From the IMG/VR virus record IMGVR_UViG_3300037205_000062, positions 32,001 through 96,000 of that record: DNA of 64,000 bases. One strand, written 5' to 3'. Of the stretch, positions 20,901-30,755 are shown one piece after another (the first letter of the stretch is position 1; each line of letters starts with the position of its first letter). The DNA is from a virus. The notes under the pieces are model-generated. The model ran no database searches, was not told the origin of the DNA, and was given only the letters and a program-made list of their open reading frames with translations. The position numbers and the translations under genes were made by a program.

Positions 20901-21889
20901 TACATGGATTAGGTGCCCTTGGTTTAGCTGCTTCTGGATACCAAGCCATTGGAGATTATAAAAATGCTGCTAATGGTGGAAGTTATACACAAGCTACAGG
21001 TAATTTAGCTAATAATTTATTGGGATTTGCTGGACCACTTGGTATGGTTGGTTCTATAGGTAATAGAGTAATTAGTAGTGGAGTTAATAAATTAATTGAT
21101 TATCATTTACAAAGTGTAGAAGGACAAGGATATGGGGGCGTATTAGATATGCAGAGAAAATTAGTAGATGCTCAAAAAAGATGGAAACAAAGAGATGCTG
21201 GTAAAAATCTTATAGCAGCTAATAAGGCTCAAGAATTAGATCAACAAGGAATTTATGAATCATTAGCTAATGATCCTACTCACGCCCAAGGAAGAGCTAG
21301 ACAAGTGTTATCTTCAATTATAGCGCCAGTAAGAGCGGGGTTTAATTTAGATAGAACTCAGTTAAGTACTTTACATGGGATAAGAAATGCTATTTTTAGT
21401 AAAGGTTTTAAGGGGACCGATAAAGATTTTGAAAGTTGGATTGCTAATAATACTGGCGAAGCAGAAAGTAAGCTTACTGGATATTATGGTAAAACATTGC
21501 CCACTTATTTAAATGATAGAAAATATACTGATGGTAATGGTCAAACACATCAAAGATTATTAGCTAGTTCTAATATTTATCCTAATACAACAGTAGCTAA
21601 TGCTCAACAAACAGAACAAAATGGGCAACTTAGTCAAATGATTGATTTATTAAAAGAATTGACTAATTCATCAATTAATGCAGAAGGAGGTAAAACTCTT
21701 GAGCAACATGTAGATTTTGCCACTTTACCTATTAATATAAACGTTAATTCTAATCTTAAGAATTTACCACAAGATACACAAAATTCTATTAATATGGTGG
21801 TAGAAACATTAAAGCAGTCAATTAAAGATTTGAAAGATAGAGTTGCTAAATTGGATGGAACAGTCATCCCAGCTAAAGTAAATAGTTAA
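14987..21889 (+). CDS. Tail tape measure protein (TP901-family core)
   Basis: 2300 aa, Ala/Gly/Leu/Gln-rich helical; AATEFARQGL, FAVSAGDLAEALKRVGASA and GSVIGNSFKTMFTRL are typical of the TP901 TMP domain. Confidence 0.9.
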   Translation: MSQADIIASVGLVPEQSSLNQIEAAVANAVSKGSQRGTQKGLIQGINANAYVQPLGRITGKANEFEKSMAAANARVIAFGASTAPIFAMGAAFHKLVESTIEVQKVMTGINAIFGLGAGNLRTFTSQLFQVANQTGQSFNMAADAATEFARQGLNVEETLKRTSAALILNKISGLDMGEAVSSITSILNGFSKEALNSTDIINRMTSVDTQFAVSAGDLAEALKRVGASANDANVSFNQTLGLITAARQITGREGSVIGNSFKTMFTRLQRPEVLSDLEEAGIKVRDLSGKTLPLIEVLKDLAGTYNSLAASQKSFVSEAVGGVYQINILKGIMRDLSSGVSIYDNAVTAADNSTSAVTKRMEVLNSTLSSGLVRTMNDLALASSNVGNALIGNSMKNGIGFFDNMLKGTIENTNPDNKAPGAQAIQAGIKGLGNFLAGPGVQVGVNIILKLLDRLRDFSMKSGKDLLGLDAGIKERETLEQKYFEILSREKEKVDEIIAGKRTLNELISSTISASVQGGQRENLLRTMAAGAAASTVGKIPINNTSEIPNLFNPVANALYKENVLTGGNARLSYSPLLVSSNNPFGLAAIDSRTQKNATDAVMQHKILGQTTTQIKNGMSVPHLATGIDLSVLLSTFGFLAQMGHSTDNIQKFINVVPQLFSATEKEIYAKRKLVDEFDKMGKDLLTTGKPQTFYGNKFSNLQQVSQSEVVKEIEVFRQQVKEFGGKQDTDRKNIWNTGFKIANWSAFGGAALSQTLGNVSPTAGASAEVLQAGITAAGQALIAFPNKIGKALSVGLAASGVLNALDTFGKGLENQRAAADLELGRLKNVNESLQTLSQTSSNLTNLYNDAGSSVETISRETKKYSETLAALSQLSGGADMARKIALAPSSDARQGVIQDLLGQQSKRAETTASLINAQELFGKRSFFGMNHIPGLQSNEGYVYSNDYEKDSVKQQLVENASVAISNMGDDFKTALIGSVESLSQFTDILSKFNGGGAEDIRGYLGEIKSSGGSGAYNKVIQEIRSLLTEKLVLERNPQVTNLLGSSRGKLEAQQLNIDNAVKNQQYIQRLFLNQGVLGIQNVLDVRQSNVRGAYNQEMARVSGYEINSPLFAQSHGERTVAQREYGINLQKNAIETRNALTNLNIETNRNLVGSLAQNFDENLAKSAKSGNLPNITGEKNLGISENRANLITAINTGLTSVLKGNAGDIINKFTGANGQFNFQAFSKSAAQGGSNNPVIQAQVEKYLNSQQSIDILKTLNQSALKQNEILQDFKVKSVEEQQKLTAAIQEADFKRQISYLGGIQSLLDRNSLRGTMRDVQRGIYMMSNPNASAMTQSMGATTLLEALKKMNVPMDMSNPLINKAFSVGISSGASLFGSYRDKILNNVASKTGAESAETVGLSQALGINLQEAVSKMFQAEFKPEGSISTSDGGFIDSAAYLKPFDDGLIASTKSLYDFPIAIQSTINDLKNAASGIQDAKASYDTTMKQVDKQLENLMQSIQDKYKEASQSPEPGKQQNILGYVKDVLPSIISGVGMALATAFINRGGGLFKTGFNLLTGKLSKSTVTEGEQQIVNAIQSSGNGISSVLRGGGGGSYSIGGEGTSADFASASGAWKNTLASGRMRIHIPTNLPSTILSDLGQPINSGSAGELPKIFKLSSINPPKLTIPKLLRVGNLQKALDLIQNDIVKSQGEIEILTKQYQLNLEKIAQDIHLGRNTLIKINGEDVNFSGWKGIGKSNILQRLSDMGMSSDSFKENATKNILEHAKQRLNKLAAFEQNIKNINFDKISTANSANRASFFSYQQGSVIHAREQQYIEQLHNDFRGPAIANSMAEKARTPANLLRQDLLRKSIENKQFEAWKRMIANNNSGIPEYSIKGNNINDNMISVRNTSGFSQLPSRSINGISEFIKDTKGILSNTGKSMNILPTLSGVLMEQAWKGIKSSSFNNSLFNPLSLSGFKNAGILGKGIHGLGALGLAASGYQAIGDYKNAANGGSYTQATGNLANNLLGFAGPLGMVGSIGNRVISSGVNKLIDYHLQSVEGQGYGGVLDMQRKLVDAQKRWKQRDAGKNLIAANKAQELDQQGIYESLANDPTHAQGRARQVLSSIIAPVRAGFNLDRTQLSTLHGIRNAIFSKGFKGTDKDFESWIANNTGEAESKLTGYYGKTLPTYLNDRKYTDGNGQTHQRLLASSNIYPNTTVANAQQTEQNGQLSQMIDLLKELTNSSINAEGGKTLEQHVDFATLPININVNSNLKNLPQDTQNSINMVVETLKQSIKDLKDRVAKLDGTVIPAKVNS

Positions 21890-21895
21890 AATTTT

Positions 21896-23584
21896 ATGTC
21901 ATTTAACTTAGAAGGTATAAGTACAGGATTATTGGGTTATTCATTAAGGAAGGAATTTTTTAGTGATTCTATTCCTTATAGAGAGGTAGAAACATTCAAT
22001 TTTGAATTTTATTCGACTGATATTTCTGGGTTAAGTCCATATAATATTCAAACAAATATCTACAATTATTTTACTGGTATTTATAGCGGAAATATTGATT
22101 GTAAAATTTTTGGAATCCCTACGGAATTTCAGTTTCCATCTGATAATATTAGAACAACTAAATTTGATGTTTCCGTAGAAGTTAGACGTGTACCATCTAA
22201 TCTAACTGGATATACTGAACTTAACACTTCAACTTATTCAGGATTAAATTATAGTTTTTTTTCAGGATATTCTACTTACTTATTAGATTTCAAGGAAGAT
22301 TTTACTTTTGATCAAAATGAAAATGGACATCAATCATTTAATCATACAGTATCATTTGGTTTAATTACGGGTGGGAAAACGGCAGCAATGCAAATTATTT
22401 CTGGTATTTTTGGAAATGATTTTCGTACTCCATTTGGTTTATCGGTGTTTATTAGTGGCATTAGTGGAGCAAATCCAGCAAATGTACAAAATTATTATAC
22501 TGAAAGTTATGATTTAATAAAAAATAGTTATTCATTTAATAAAAAAAGAGATTTTTATCCCAGTGACGCAACTACATTTACATATAATCTTATTCATTCC
22601 ATGAGTTTACAAGCAAATGGAGTATTTGATATTACTGAAAAATGCGATTTACAAGGTAAAGTAAGTTTTTTACAAGCAACTCAAGGATTAAATTTATTAT
22701 ATAATAATTCAATATCAAGATGTACTGATTTTTATAATATGTATAATTCTGCTATAGCCCAACCTGGAGAACCAAATTCCATTGCTCCATTATCTATTAC
22801 TCCCAGAAAATATGTTCAAACTTATAATATACCAAGTTTATCGGCTTCTTATGAAATTACATATACTAATGATCCAGAATTTCAGAATGGAGGTGATAGT
22901 GAAGAAGAAATTATTGAATTAAATGTAGATGAAAAAAATATTGTTACAATTACGGATAAATACACATTTACTTTTAATAAAAGAAATCTTAATTTCCAAG
23001 GCGCTTATGCATTATTAACTGGAGCATTTACTACATCTCCTTCGGCTATATCTGGATATTATGCACAAAGTTGTTTTTATCAACCCTCTTGGCCAATTAA
23101 TATGATAAAAATGGATATAACATGGCCATATAATAAACATCAATCAACTATTGATTTATCTTATTCTAATAATCCTCGTTTTGATGTAACCATTAATAAT
23201 GTCTTATTCAAGTCTTTGGATTATACTATTACTAATTTAGTACCAGTTGATATTGTTCAAGAATATAAGATAATAAATAGGCCAAATAAGTTAAGTGTAT
23301 TAAATTATGCGTATCAAAGCGAAAAAGGAGCCATAACTGTTAATATAAACGCTGGTATTGGTCGTCAAACTAATGAATTTGTGACTGGTTTTAGAACTGA
23401 TATTGCTACATATTTATTAGCCCTGTATCAATATTCAATTACTTTATTTTGGCAACAATTTAGTAATGTATTACCGATTAGTTTTACATATTTTCTATCA
23501 GATATTAAGTATAATATGAATAATGATGGGTCATTAAATATGAATGTACAATTTACATATACATACAAAAAATATCTTGCTTAA
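21896..23584 (+). CDS. Putative baseplate/tail-tip protein
   Basis: Directly after the TMP; beta-rich; shares F.Q.E.G....H..S..G features with the next gene. Confidence 0.45.
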   Translation: MSFNLEGISTGLLGYSLRKEFFSDSIPYREVETFNFEFYSTDISGLSPYNIQTNIYNYFTGIYSGNIDCKIFGIPTEFQFPSDNIRTTKFDVSVEVRRVPSNLTGYTELNTSTYSGLNYSFFSGYSTYLLDFKEDFTFDQNENGHQSFNHTVSFGLITGGKTAAMQIISGIFGNDFRTPFGLSVFISGISGANPANVQNYYTESYDLIKNSYSFNKKRDFYPSDATTFTYNLIHSMSLQANGVFDITEKCDLQGKVSFLQATQGLNLLYNNSISRCTDFYNMYNSAIAQPGEPNSIAPLSITPRKYVQTYNIPSLSASYEITYTNDPEFQNGGDSEEEIIELNVDEKNIVTITDKYTFTFNKRNLNFQGAYALLTGAFTTSPSAISGYYAQSCFYQPSWPINMIKMDITWPYNKHQSTIDLSYSNNPRFDVTINNVLFKSLDYTITNLVPVDIVQEYKIINRPNKLSVLNYAYQSEKGAITVNINAGIGRQTNEFVTGFRTDIATYLLALYQYSITLFWQQFSNVLPISFTYFLSDIKYNMNNDGSLNMNVQFTYTYKKYLA

Positions 23585-23586
23585 TT

Positions 23587-25227
23587 ATGAGTAATCAAAT
23601 TTCAGTAGTATATAACGGAAATGTTCTTTATCCAGTTCCATTTGTAACGCAAGACTATAAATTTATTGATTATAATGGTAATCGCTGGGGTAACGTATTA
23701 GAAATTACCCTTAATGGTATTTTAAGTGGAATTAATTCTACTGGAAATGTCGCCCAAATTACCAATATTTTTGCCACACAATTTGGTAATCTTCAGGTTT
23801 ATCAAGGTAATCCTTTAAGCGGGGCATCTGGAACTTTAATTTATAATTGGCCAAATGTTATTATTAATGAAATTTCATTTCCTCAATCTCATTATTATGG
23901 AACAACTGCTATTCCATATGTTATAAAGGCTCATAGTTTTAATGTTCCAAGTGGTGTAACCGATCCCTCAAATCAATATTCGTTTACACAAAATGAAGAT
24001 GGAACAGTAGATGTTTCTCATCAAATATCAGCCAAAGGAATAAGAAATTCTACAAGCGCATTAAATAATGCTGTTAATTTTGTACAACAATTTACGGGAA
24101 AACAACCCTTTCAAAATTGTGCTACACAATTTGTTCCAAGTGGGAGCGGTCTTCTTATTAGTTTAAATGAAAAAATTGATAGGGCAAATGGAGCTTATAT
24201 GGTTACTGAACAATATAAGTATTCAACTGGTTTTTCTACTCCATATACTCAAATATCAGATTTAACTATTAATGACTCATTAGATCAAACTTATCTTTTA
24301 ATTGATTATAATGTTAAATTTAAGGGTTCGCCTGTTTATAATAATATTTCAGCTTTGAATCTAGCTATTGCTAGTGGTTTTAATGAAATGAATGATATTT
24401 CTGGATTTGGAGTGGCAAGTGGATTATTGGTTCAAATTACATCGGAAATTATAAGAAATAGTGGAGATGCTTCGATTGAAGTTAAATACTCTTATTATTC
24501 AGGTTATACGTTAGCAGATTTAACTGGATTTTTTGATTATAATGTAACATTGAAAAAGGATTTAATTATACCAAAAGAAACTTGGGAAGTTAAGGGTGAA
24601 TATACTTGTCGTGGGCCAATTATTTATAGACTTCAACAATTAAATGCTTTCAAACAAACTTGTAGTGGAAATTATAGAAATATGTTATTAGGTTTAATTA
24701 GTGGCGCTCCAATTTGGACTGGTTTTCATACAAGTGGGAATTTATTATCTAACAATGCAATAGTCTCAATTAATGAAAATACTGGTATGGCAACTTTTGA
24801 AGCTTCTTTAACAGTTGATGATGGAGCTGATCCTACGAGTTTAGCTAATTCAAGATATGAAATACAAATGCAACCTGGAAAATGGGAATTTGAATTGATG
24901 CCCGCCGCAAATATTGAAGGGCATTATATAGTTCAAGATTTACAGATGCAAAGTCAAAGTAAAATAAATATATCTTTATCTGCTGTATCTCAATTTCCAG
25001 CTAGTGGATTACCAATTTTATCTGGATATTTAAGTCAATTATCAGGTATATATCTTAAAAGTGGTTTTATGATTGAATCGCAATATCAAACAGGCATTAA
25101 TGATTTGTCTTGCGAATCTCATTTTATAGGTCAAGATAATTTTAATACAGGATTATTAAATATTAAGATGGTTGGTAGCAATAACTTTAACTTTGTAAGA
25201 TCATCGGGTTTTTCATTCGGATACTAA
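23587..25227 (+). CDS. Putative baseplate/tail-tip protein
   Basis: LYPVPFV...ITLNG.L and YSFTQNEDGTVDVSHQISAKG; position after the TMP. Confidence 0.45.
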   Translation: MSNQISVVYNGNVLYPVPFVTQDYKFIDYNGNRWGNVLEITLNGILSGINSTGNVAQITNIFATQFGNLQVYQGNPLSGASGTLIYNWPNVIINEISFPQSHYYGTTAIPYVIKAHSFNVPSGVTDPSNQYSFTQNEDGTVDVSHQISAKGIRNSTSALNNAVNFVQQFTGKQPFQNCATQFVPSGSGLLISLNEKIDRANGAYMVTEQYKYSTGFSTPYTQISDLTINDSLDQTYLLIDYNVKFKGSPVYNNISALNLAIASGFNEMNDISGFGVASGLLVQITSEIIRNSGDASIEVKYSYYSGYTLADLTGFFDYNVTLKKDLIIPKETWEVKGEYTCRGPIIYRLQQLNAFKQTCSGNYRNMLLGLISGAPIWTGFHTSGNLLSNNAIVSINENTGMATFEASLTVDDGADPTSLANSRYEIQMQPGKWEFELMPAANIEGHYIVQDLQMQSQSKINISLSAVSQFPASGLPILSGYLSQLSGIYLKSGFMIESQYQTGINDLSCESHFIGQDNFNTGLLNIKMVGSNNFNFVRSSGFSFGY

Positions 25228-25319
25228 GTCCCAATTTATATTCGCCTTTATATCTATTTACATGTATAATAAGTTATGGTTTTAAGTGGGAATATGTGTA
25301 ATCTATCTTGGTAAAAGGT

Positions 25320-27362
25320 ATGAATTTAAACAGTTTTCTTACTTGCCTGAATGTTAATGGAATTGTTAGTGGAAATTCCATTCAAGGCGTTTATACCTTC
25401 TCTAGCGGAGATTCTAATCTTATTTATAATAATTTGTATCCTACTGGAAATATGTATTATAGTGGTTTGGTATCTACTATTAGTTACCCACTAATAAATG
25501 TAGGTCAACCAATATCAAATTCATATTTTAGTGGTACTCAACTTTTTAGAATAGGATATACTTCTTCAGGAGACTTTGGTTTATTGTTAGATATTCAATA
25601 TGATAGTTGTTCTAAACAAAATTTAGTTGATTATTGTTTATTATCCTCAAATACTCTTAATAATTCTGGTAAAAATTTTACACTGACCATTAATGATGCT
25701 AATAGATTAACTTTAAAAACAAGTGGCGGATATTATTCAACAGTATCTCAAGAATTGACGGAGCATGATTTAGTTTATTTTAGCATGGCTCAACATCAAT
25801 ATTTAACTTTTGGTGTATTTAATGTTGCTAATAATTATTTTTATAGTAATCAAATTAATTTAGGTGGGCCAATTCTTAATTCGGATATAGTTTATATAGG
25901 TGGCGAATTTAATAATTTTACTTCTACAGGATTCTTTGGTACTATTAATAATGCGGTATTATTTTGTCAGGCTCCATCTAATCTTAATATATGTGTTAAT
26001 TGTTATTTAACTACTGGTTATATTATCAATAGTAATACCCAAACTGTAAATGTGCCACAAATTACTGGATTTTTTTATTCTGGTATTCAAACTAGTTATC
26101 AAACTACTGGAATCGCTTCTGGTATTATTTCAAAAGTAAATGGTGGAACTATTAATTTGGAATTTGGAACAGCATCTACTTCTGGAATAACAAGTGGTTT
26201 ATTAGTTTCGGCATTATATGGAACTACGGGTTTGAACATTAGTCAACCTTCTTATCAATTTTTTCAAGATACTGGTATTGTTAATACTTATAATAAATTT
26301 GAATTAGCATTTGGAACTTCTTTACAATCAGGAGACGCTCTTGAAATTTATACATATTATTATCCAATACCTAATATTGGAACACAATTAATTGGTTTTG
26401 AAGTACCAGCTAATAGTGGCATAATGCAGTTAATAGTAAATGGTGTTGATGAAACTCTTAATGTTGATTATACCATTGTTAGAAATCAAGTAAGTGGTTT
26501 TTATTCTAACGATGTTTTAGCTTTTGACAGTTTAAATTCTCAATCAGTAATAGTTAATTTTAGCGGTGTTTTTAACAATATTTTTACTGGAAGTTCTGGG
26601 GTAAATTCAATATTAAATGTAACTGGTTTAAGTGGTGTTTGTTATAGTAATACTTATTATCCTAGTTTTGGATATGATATTTTCTTAAATGGGCAAAAAC
26701 TTATTTCAGGATATGAATATGGTATACAAACAACTGGAGTTTCTGGATTTAGTGTTAATATTTCGGGTGTAGAAATTTTAAATCCTACTAATAATGGTAT
26801 TGATAATGCTGAATTGGGATTTATACCTCAATTTAATAATATTATTTATTTTTTGAGTGGAGTCACTCAAACTACTCAAACGGTAACTGGAATAGCTGGA
26901 TTTTCTGAACAAGTATGGGTTAATGGTGTTAGGCAAATAAGAAATATTGATTATTTTATTTATAATCCGTGTTCGACGGTAAGTGGATTAAATAATATAA
27001 ATTTACCATTTAAATTTTATAATAATGATCAAGTGGCATGGAACTTTAACTATCCTCCAATAATTTTAAATTATTCTGGATATTTACAGACTGGTAATGG
27101 AAATTTAAGTGGATTTTATTCTTGGTCAAACATAAACAGTGGTATTTTTATTAGTGGAATTTATCCTTCTGGATCATTTATAGAAATTTGGGCTAACTAT
27201 AATAGTGGATTATTTAATTTAATAAATAATATTGATGTGTTATCAACTGGATTTTCTTATAATATAGGTGTGCCAATTCACGGAGTTTATGGTATTCAGA
27301 CACGTTATCATAGTGGAAATTTAATTGGAGATTTTAGTAGTGGATATTATATAAGTTATTAA
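25320..27362 (+). CDS. Virion protein with LamG-like region and NGxxxxxxxDY repeats
   Basis: VYIGGE...GFFGTINNAVLF (LamG-like); NGVDETLNVDY, NGQKLISGYEY, NGVRQIRNIDY repeats; ATG at 25320. Confidence 0.5.
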   Translation: MNLNSFLTCLNVNGIVSGNSIQGVYTFSSGDSNLIYNNLYPTGNMYYSGLVSTISYPLINVGQPISNSYFSGTQLFRIGYTSSGDFGLLLDIQYDSCSKQNLVDYCLLSSNTLNNSGKNFTLTINDANRLTLKTSGGYYSTVSQELTEHDLVYFSMAQHQYLTFGVFNVANNYFYSNQINLGGPILNSDIVYIGGEFNNFTSTGFFGTINNAVLFCQAPSNLNICVNCYLTTGYIINSNTQTVNVPQITGFFYSGIQTSYQTTGIASGIISKVNGGTINLEFGTASTSGITSGLLVSALYGTTGLNISQPSYQFFQDTGIVNTYNKFELAFGTSLQSGDALEIYTYYYPIPNIGTQLIGFEVPANSGIMQLIVNGVDETLNVDYTIVRNQVSGFYSNDVLAFDSLNSQSVIVNFSGVFNNIFTGSSGVNSILNVTGLSGVCYSNTYYPSFGYDIFLNGQKLISGYEYGIQTTGVSGFSVNISGVEILNPTNNGIDNAELGFIPQFNNIIYFLSGVTQTTQTVTGIAGFSEQVWVNGVRQIRNIDYFIYNPCSTVSGLNNINLPFKFYNNDQVAWNFNYPPIILNYSGYLQTGNGNLSGFYSWSNINSGIFISGIYPSGSFIEIWANYNSGLFNLINNIDVLSTGFSYNIGVPIHGVYGIQTRYHSGNLIGDFSSGYYISY

Positions 27363-27392
27363 TATGAAAAGATTTTGTATAAAAAAGCGTAA

Positions 27393-30300
27393 TTGGAAAG
27401 GAGAAGTATAATTATCGGATACCAACTTTTACAAGGAATAGTAGTAACACCTTTAGGTTCTCGTAACCAATCAAGATTTAGTTCGTCATTAGTAAATGGG
27501 TCTTGGCCAACAAGTTTTGCATTTGGAGGTTGGATATATTCATCTTCTGTAGAAATAGGATTTAGTGAAAAACCCACAGAAATTAAATTAGGTATAGTTC
27601 TTGAAGTTGTAAATAAATCTCAACAATATGCCTTCTTTAATATTACAGATGATGATCTTCGGGCTGATGCTGGTAATGGAGGTCAAGAAAGTTTATATAA
27701 TTTAAATATTAATGGGGTTTTATTTAACAATTTTATTTTATATGAATATGAAATTTCTATCGAAAATAATGCGAAAATTTTAACCGTTATTTTCAAAGAT
27801 TATTCGGTGATTTTAGATAAAATTTATATTGGGCTTCTAAAAAGACAGGGTAATACATTTACTCATACAGCCAATTCTCAATTAGTTTTTAACATAAAAT
27901 GTTCTGATTGCGTACTAGCTGGTGATACATTTACTCAATTAGGTTATGCTAACAGAGATATAGCTTTTTGTTCCTATGTTGGTATAAACGGACAGGTATA
28001 TGATAATTTTATTAATTCAAATCCTAATTTAGATATATTTTCTCAATGGAGTAATCTTTTTGCTCAACAAACAAAACCATTTTCTAATACTTTTGATTTA
28101 AATGGTGGTTATTTAATTATAGGAACAGAAGAGGCTACAGATGAACGTTGTGGTAATTTTGCTCAAGTGGGGTATAATTTTAATGAATTATTAGCTTCTT
28201 TAAGATTAAGAGGATTTAATTTTATCGGCGCTTTTCCTTATGGTCAAACTGATTCTGATTTTGTTTACAAACAAAACTATAATGGTACTTTAAGAGAAGT
28301 ATTACAACAATGGTGTTCGGACTTAGGTTATTCATATTATTGTGATGGAAAAAATTTTGTAGGTATAAGTTTAATATATCCATTAGATATTTCGGCTGTT
28401 ACCTCAATTGCTGATCCAACTACAACATTAGGTTCACAATTTTCGCTTGGAACTAATACAGCTATTCTTTCCTATAAATCTAATTCAACGTTAGATAATA
28501 CTTTTACTCAATCGGTTATTTGTGAAAATAATCGTGTTAGAAATGCTACAACTGATAGCAAAACACCAAAAAGATATGTTGGTATTCTTCCATTACATCC
28601 TATTGATTTTAATATTCGTAACCAATCGCCTGTATTAAGAGTTAATGCTTTAGGCGCTCCCTTTATTGATATTGGATGGTCTTATTCTTTTGAACCAAAT
28701 AGTCCTACACTTAATAACACTTTTTTCTTATTGGACAATAGAACATTTGATCACGTAGATACGGCCATTGCTCTTGGTAAATATAATGCTGATTTAAGAG
28801 ATATTTTTTGTCAAGATCAAGCTATATATGGAGCTACTCAAGAAATTAGATCATCTAATTTTAGAGCATTGGGTATGGTGCCATTAATTGAAGTCACTGG
28901 CGAAGAAATGTCATTTGCTATTGAGTCACTCATTCCAACAGCTAAGGATGAAATTTCTAATATTTGTGTGGATAAAAGATTTTATAGAGTTTATATTGGT
29001 TATTATTATCCAGAACTTAAACAGGATACTATCCAATGGGAACAAACAGCAGCAGAGACAATGTATCAATATGGTATAGTTTCGGAAGGTTTATTAGATT
29101 ATTTTCCATATATGCCTCAAAGTTCTTTAACTGATGAAAGTCCTACTGGTGGTTTTTATGGAGAAAGTGGGACTTCATTATTGAGAATTCAACATTCGTA
29201 TGAACCTTCATGTCAACAATATTATCAATTAAGAGATGCTCCATTTAAAGACGTAATTCTTTTTTCTGGTTTAGAAGTATCAACAAATAATGTCACTGTT
29301 AATGCTATTACTGATCCTAATGGAAATCAATTAACACAAAATAATTTAGGTGTTAATATTCCAGTATTTTTACCTACGGGTGATGTATTTCCTGGTGGAT
29401 TATTTTTTGGAGAAATAACTAATTCATGGGGTACTGATCCTTCTGAATTCAATAGAGTTATGTCATTAAATTTAACTGATCCTTGTGTATCTGAATTCTC
29501 ACAAGATCAAAGTTATACAAATATTGTTAATGGAAATACTTATAACAGATTTCAAGATTGGAGATTAGAATTATTTCGTCCACAAGTTACTTCTGATATT
29601 GATTCATTTTATGCTTATTACGAGCCTCAATTAAAGCAAATTCAACCAGTATATAATACAAATGGTGGTAATGTAACTGGTAGCATTATTGATAGAACTG
29701 TTGGTACTTATTATAATTTTAAATACAAACAAAATGCTTTTTGTTCTAAACTTCATATTATGGTATTAACTGATACTAGAAATCATCCTAATATTCAAGT
29801 GAATTTTAATAAATATGGCACTGAATTTGTTAATCCTATTGTATTAACTCAATGGGTAGATAAAGAAAGACAAGCTATTTTAAGAAGAGATCAAACTGAA
29901 ACATTAAGTATTTGCGCTATATCTTTATTACAAGAAATGTGCGATAATATTATTTCTGGTATATACCACGCTGGAACAGGTGATCCAAGGTATCGTTGTA
30001 TTATTGATGAAAATAAATATAATTTCTTAGAAGAAGGTTATCCACTTACTGATTTACTCATTCCTAATTCTAGGGGTCTTAACGTAAATATTATAAAAAA
30101 TCCTTTAAGAAATAATAATATTGATGCTTTACAAGCTACATTCCAAAATGCTGATATTAATGGAGATTTTTATTATTCAGATGTATCTTCAAATTTATTA
30201 ACCTCAACTCAGGCCCAAGCTAGTATGAATATTATTTATCCAGTTTCATTTGGTTCACAAGCTAACTATAGAGGAATTTTGACTTCTCAAGTAGATGTTG

Positions 30301-30755
30301 AAAATCGTATCCCAGAAATTATTAATATTCTTGGAACCCCTACTAATATTACTAATAATAGAGCTGCCACTATTAAAGTTATTAATGAGGTTATTGATCC
30401 TGATCTACAACCACAACTTGATCCATATTTACAAAGATTTGTACCATATTTTACTGTAATTACTGGAACTGGAAATGTGATTACTACACCCGATCAATAT
30501 TATAATTTTATTTCACAACTTAATAGTTATCAATTAACTGGAGCATTTAAGTCAGTCGAATTAAGTTTGGCTGGAACGCCTGATACATTTGGTAATTTTA
30601 GCCAATATTTATCTCCTAATTATGGATTAAATAAAATGAGTATTAATGTAGGCGATAATGGAGTAACTACTTCTTTGTCGTTTAGTGATAGACCACGTAT
30701 CCTACCTAAACAAGAAAGTATACTTAATAAAATTATTACAAGAATAGCACCATAA
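27393..30755 (+). CDS. Large baseplate hub/tail-tip-like protein (start codon uncertain)
   Basis: 1120-aa ORF; FGGWIYSSSVEIGFSEKPTEI and YNGTLREVLQQWCSDLGYSYY resemble hub proteins; no in-frame ATG near the 5' end. Confidence 0.5.
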   Translation: MERRSIIIGYQLLQGIVVTPLGSRNQSRFSSSLVNGSWPTSFAFGGWIYSSSVEIGFSEKPTEIKLGIVLEVVNKSQQYAFFNITDDDLRADAGNGGQESLYNLNINGVLFNNFILYEYEISIENNAKILTVIFKDYSVILDKIYIGLLKRQGNTFTHTANSQLVFNIKCSDCVLAGDTFTQLGYANRDIAFCSYVGINGQVYDNFINSNPNLDIFSQWSNLFAQQTKPFSNTFDLNGGYLIIGTEEATDERCGNFAQVGYNFNELLASLRLRGFNFIGAFPYGQTDSDFVYKQNYNGTLREVLQQWCSDLGYSYYCDGKNFVGISLIYPLDISAVTSIADPTTTLGSQFSLGTNTAILSYKSNSTLDNTFTQSVICENNRVRNATTDSKTPKRYVGILPLHPIDFNIRNQSPVLRVNALGAPFIDIGWSYSFEPNSPTLNNTFFLLDNRTFDHVDTAIALGKYNADLRDIFCQDQAIYGATQEIRSSNFRALGMVPLIEVTGEEMSFAIESLIPTAKDEISNICVDKRFYRVYIGYYYPELKQDTIQWEQTAAETMYQYGIVSEGLLDYFPYMPQSSLTDESPTGGFYGESGTSLLRIQHSYEPSCQQYYQLRDAPFKDVILFSGLEVSTNNVTVNAITDPNGNQLTQNNLGVNIPVFLPTGDVFPGGLFFGEITNSWGTDPSEFNRVMSLNLTDPCVSEFSQDQSYTNIVNGNTYNRFQDWRLELFRPQVTSDIDSFYAYYEPQLKQIQPVYNTNGGNVTGSIIDRTVGTYYNFKYKQNAFCSKLHIMVLTDTRNHPNIQVNFNKYGTEFVNPIVLTQWVDKERQAILRRDQTETLSICAISLLQEMCDNIISGIYHAGTGDPRYRCIIDENKYNFLEEGYPLTDLLIPNSRGLNVNIIKNPLRNNNIDALQATFQNADINGDFYYSDVSSNLLTSTQAQASMNIIYPVSFGSQANYRGILTSQVDVENRIPEIINILGTPTNITNNRAATIKVINEVIDPDLQPQLDPYLQRFVPYFTVITGTGNVITTPDQYYNFISQLNSYQLTGAFKSVELSLAGTPDTFGNFSQYLSPNYGLNKMSINVGDNGVTTSLSFSDRPRILPKQESILNKIITRIAP

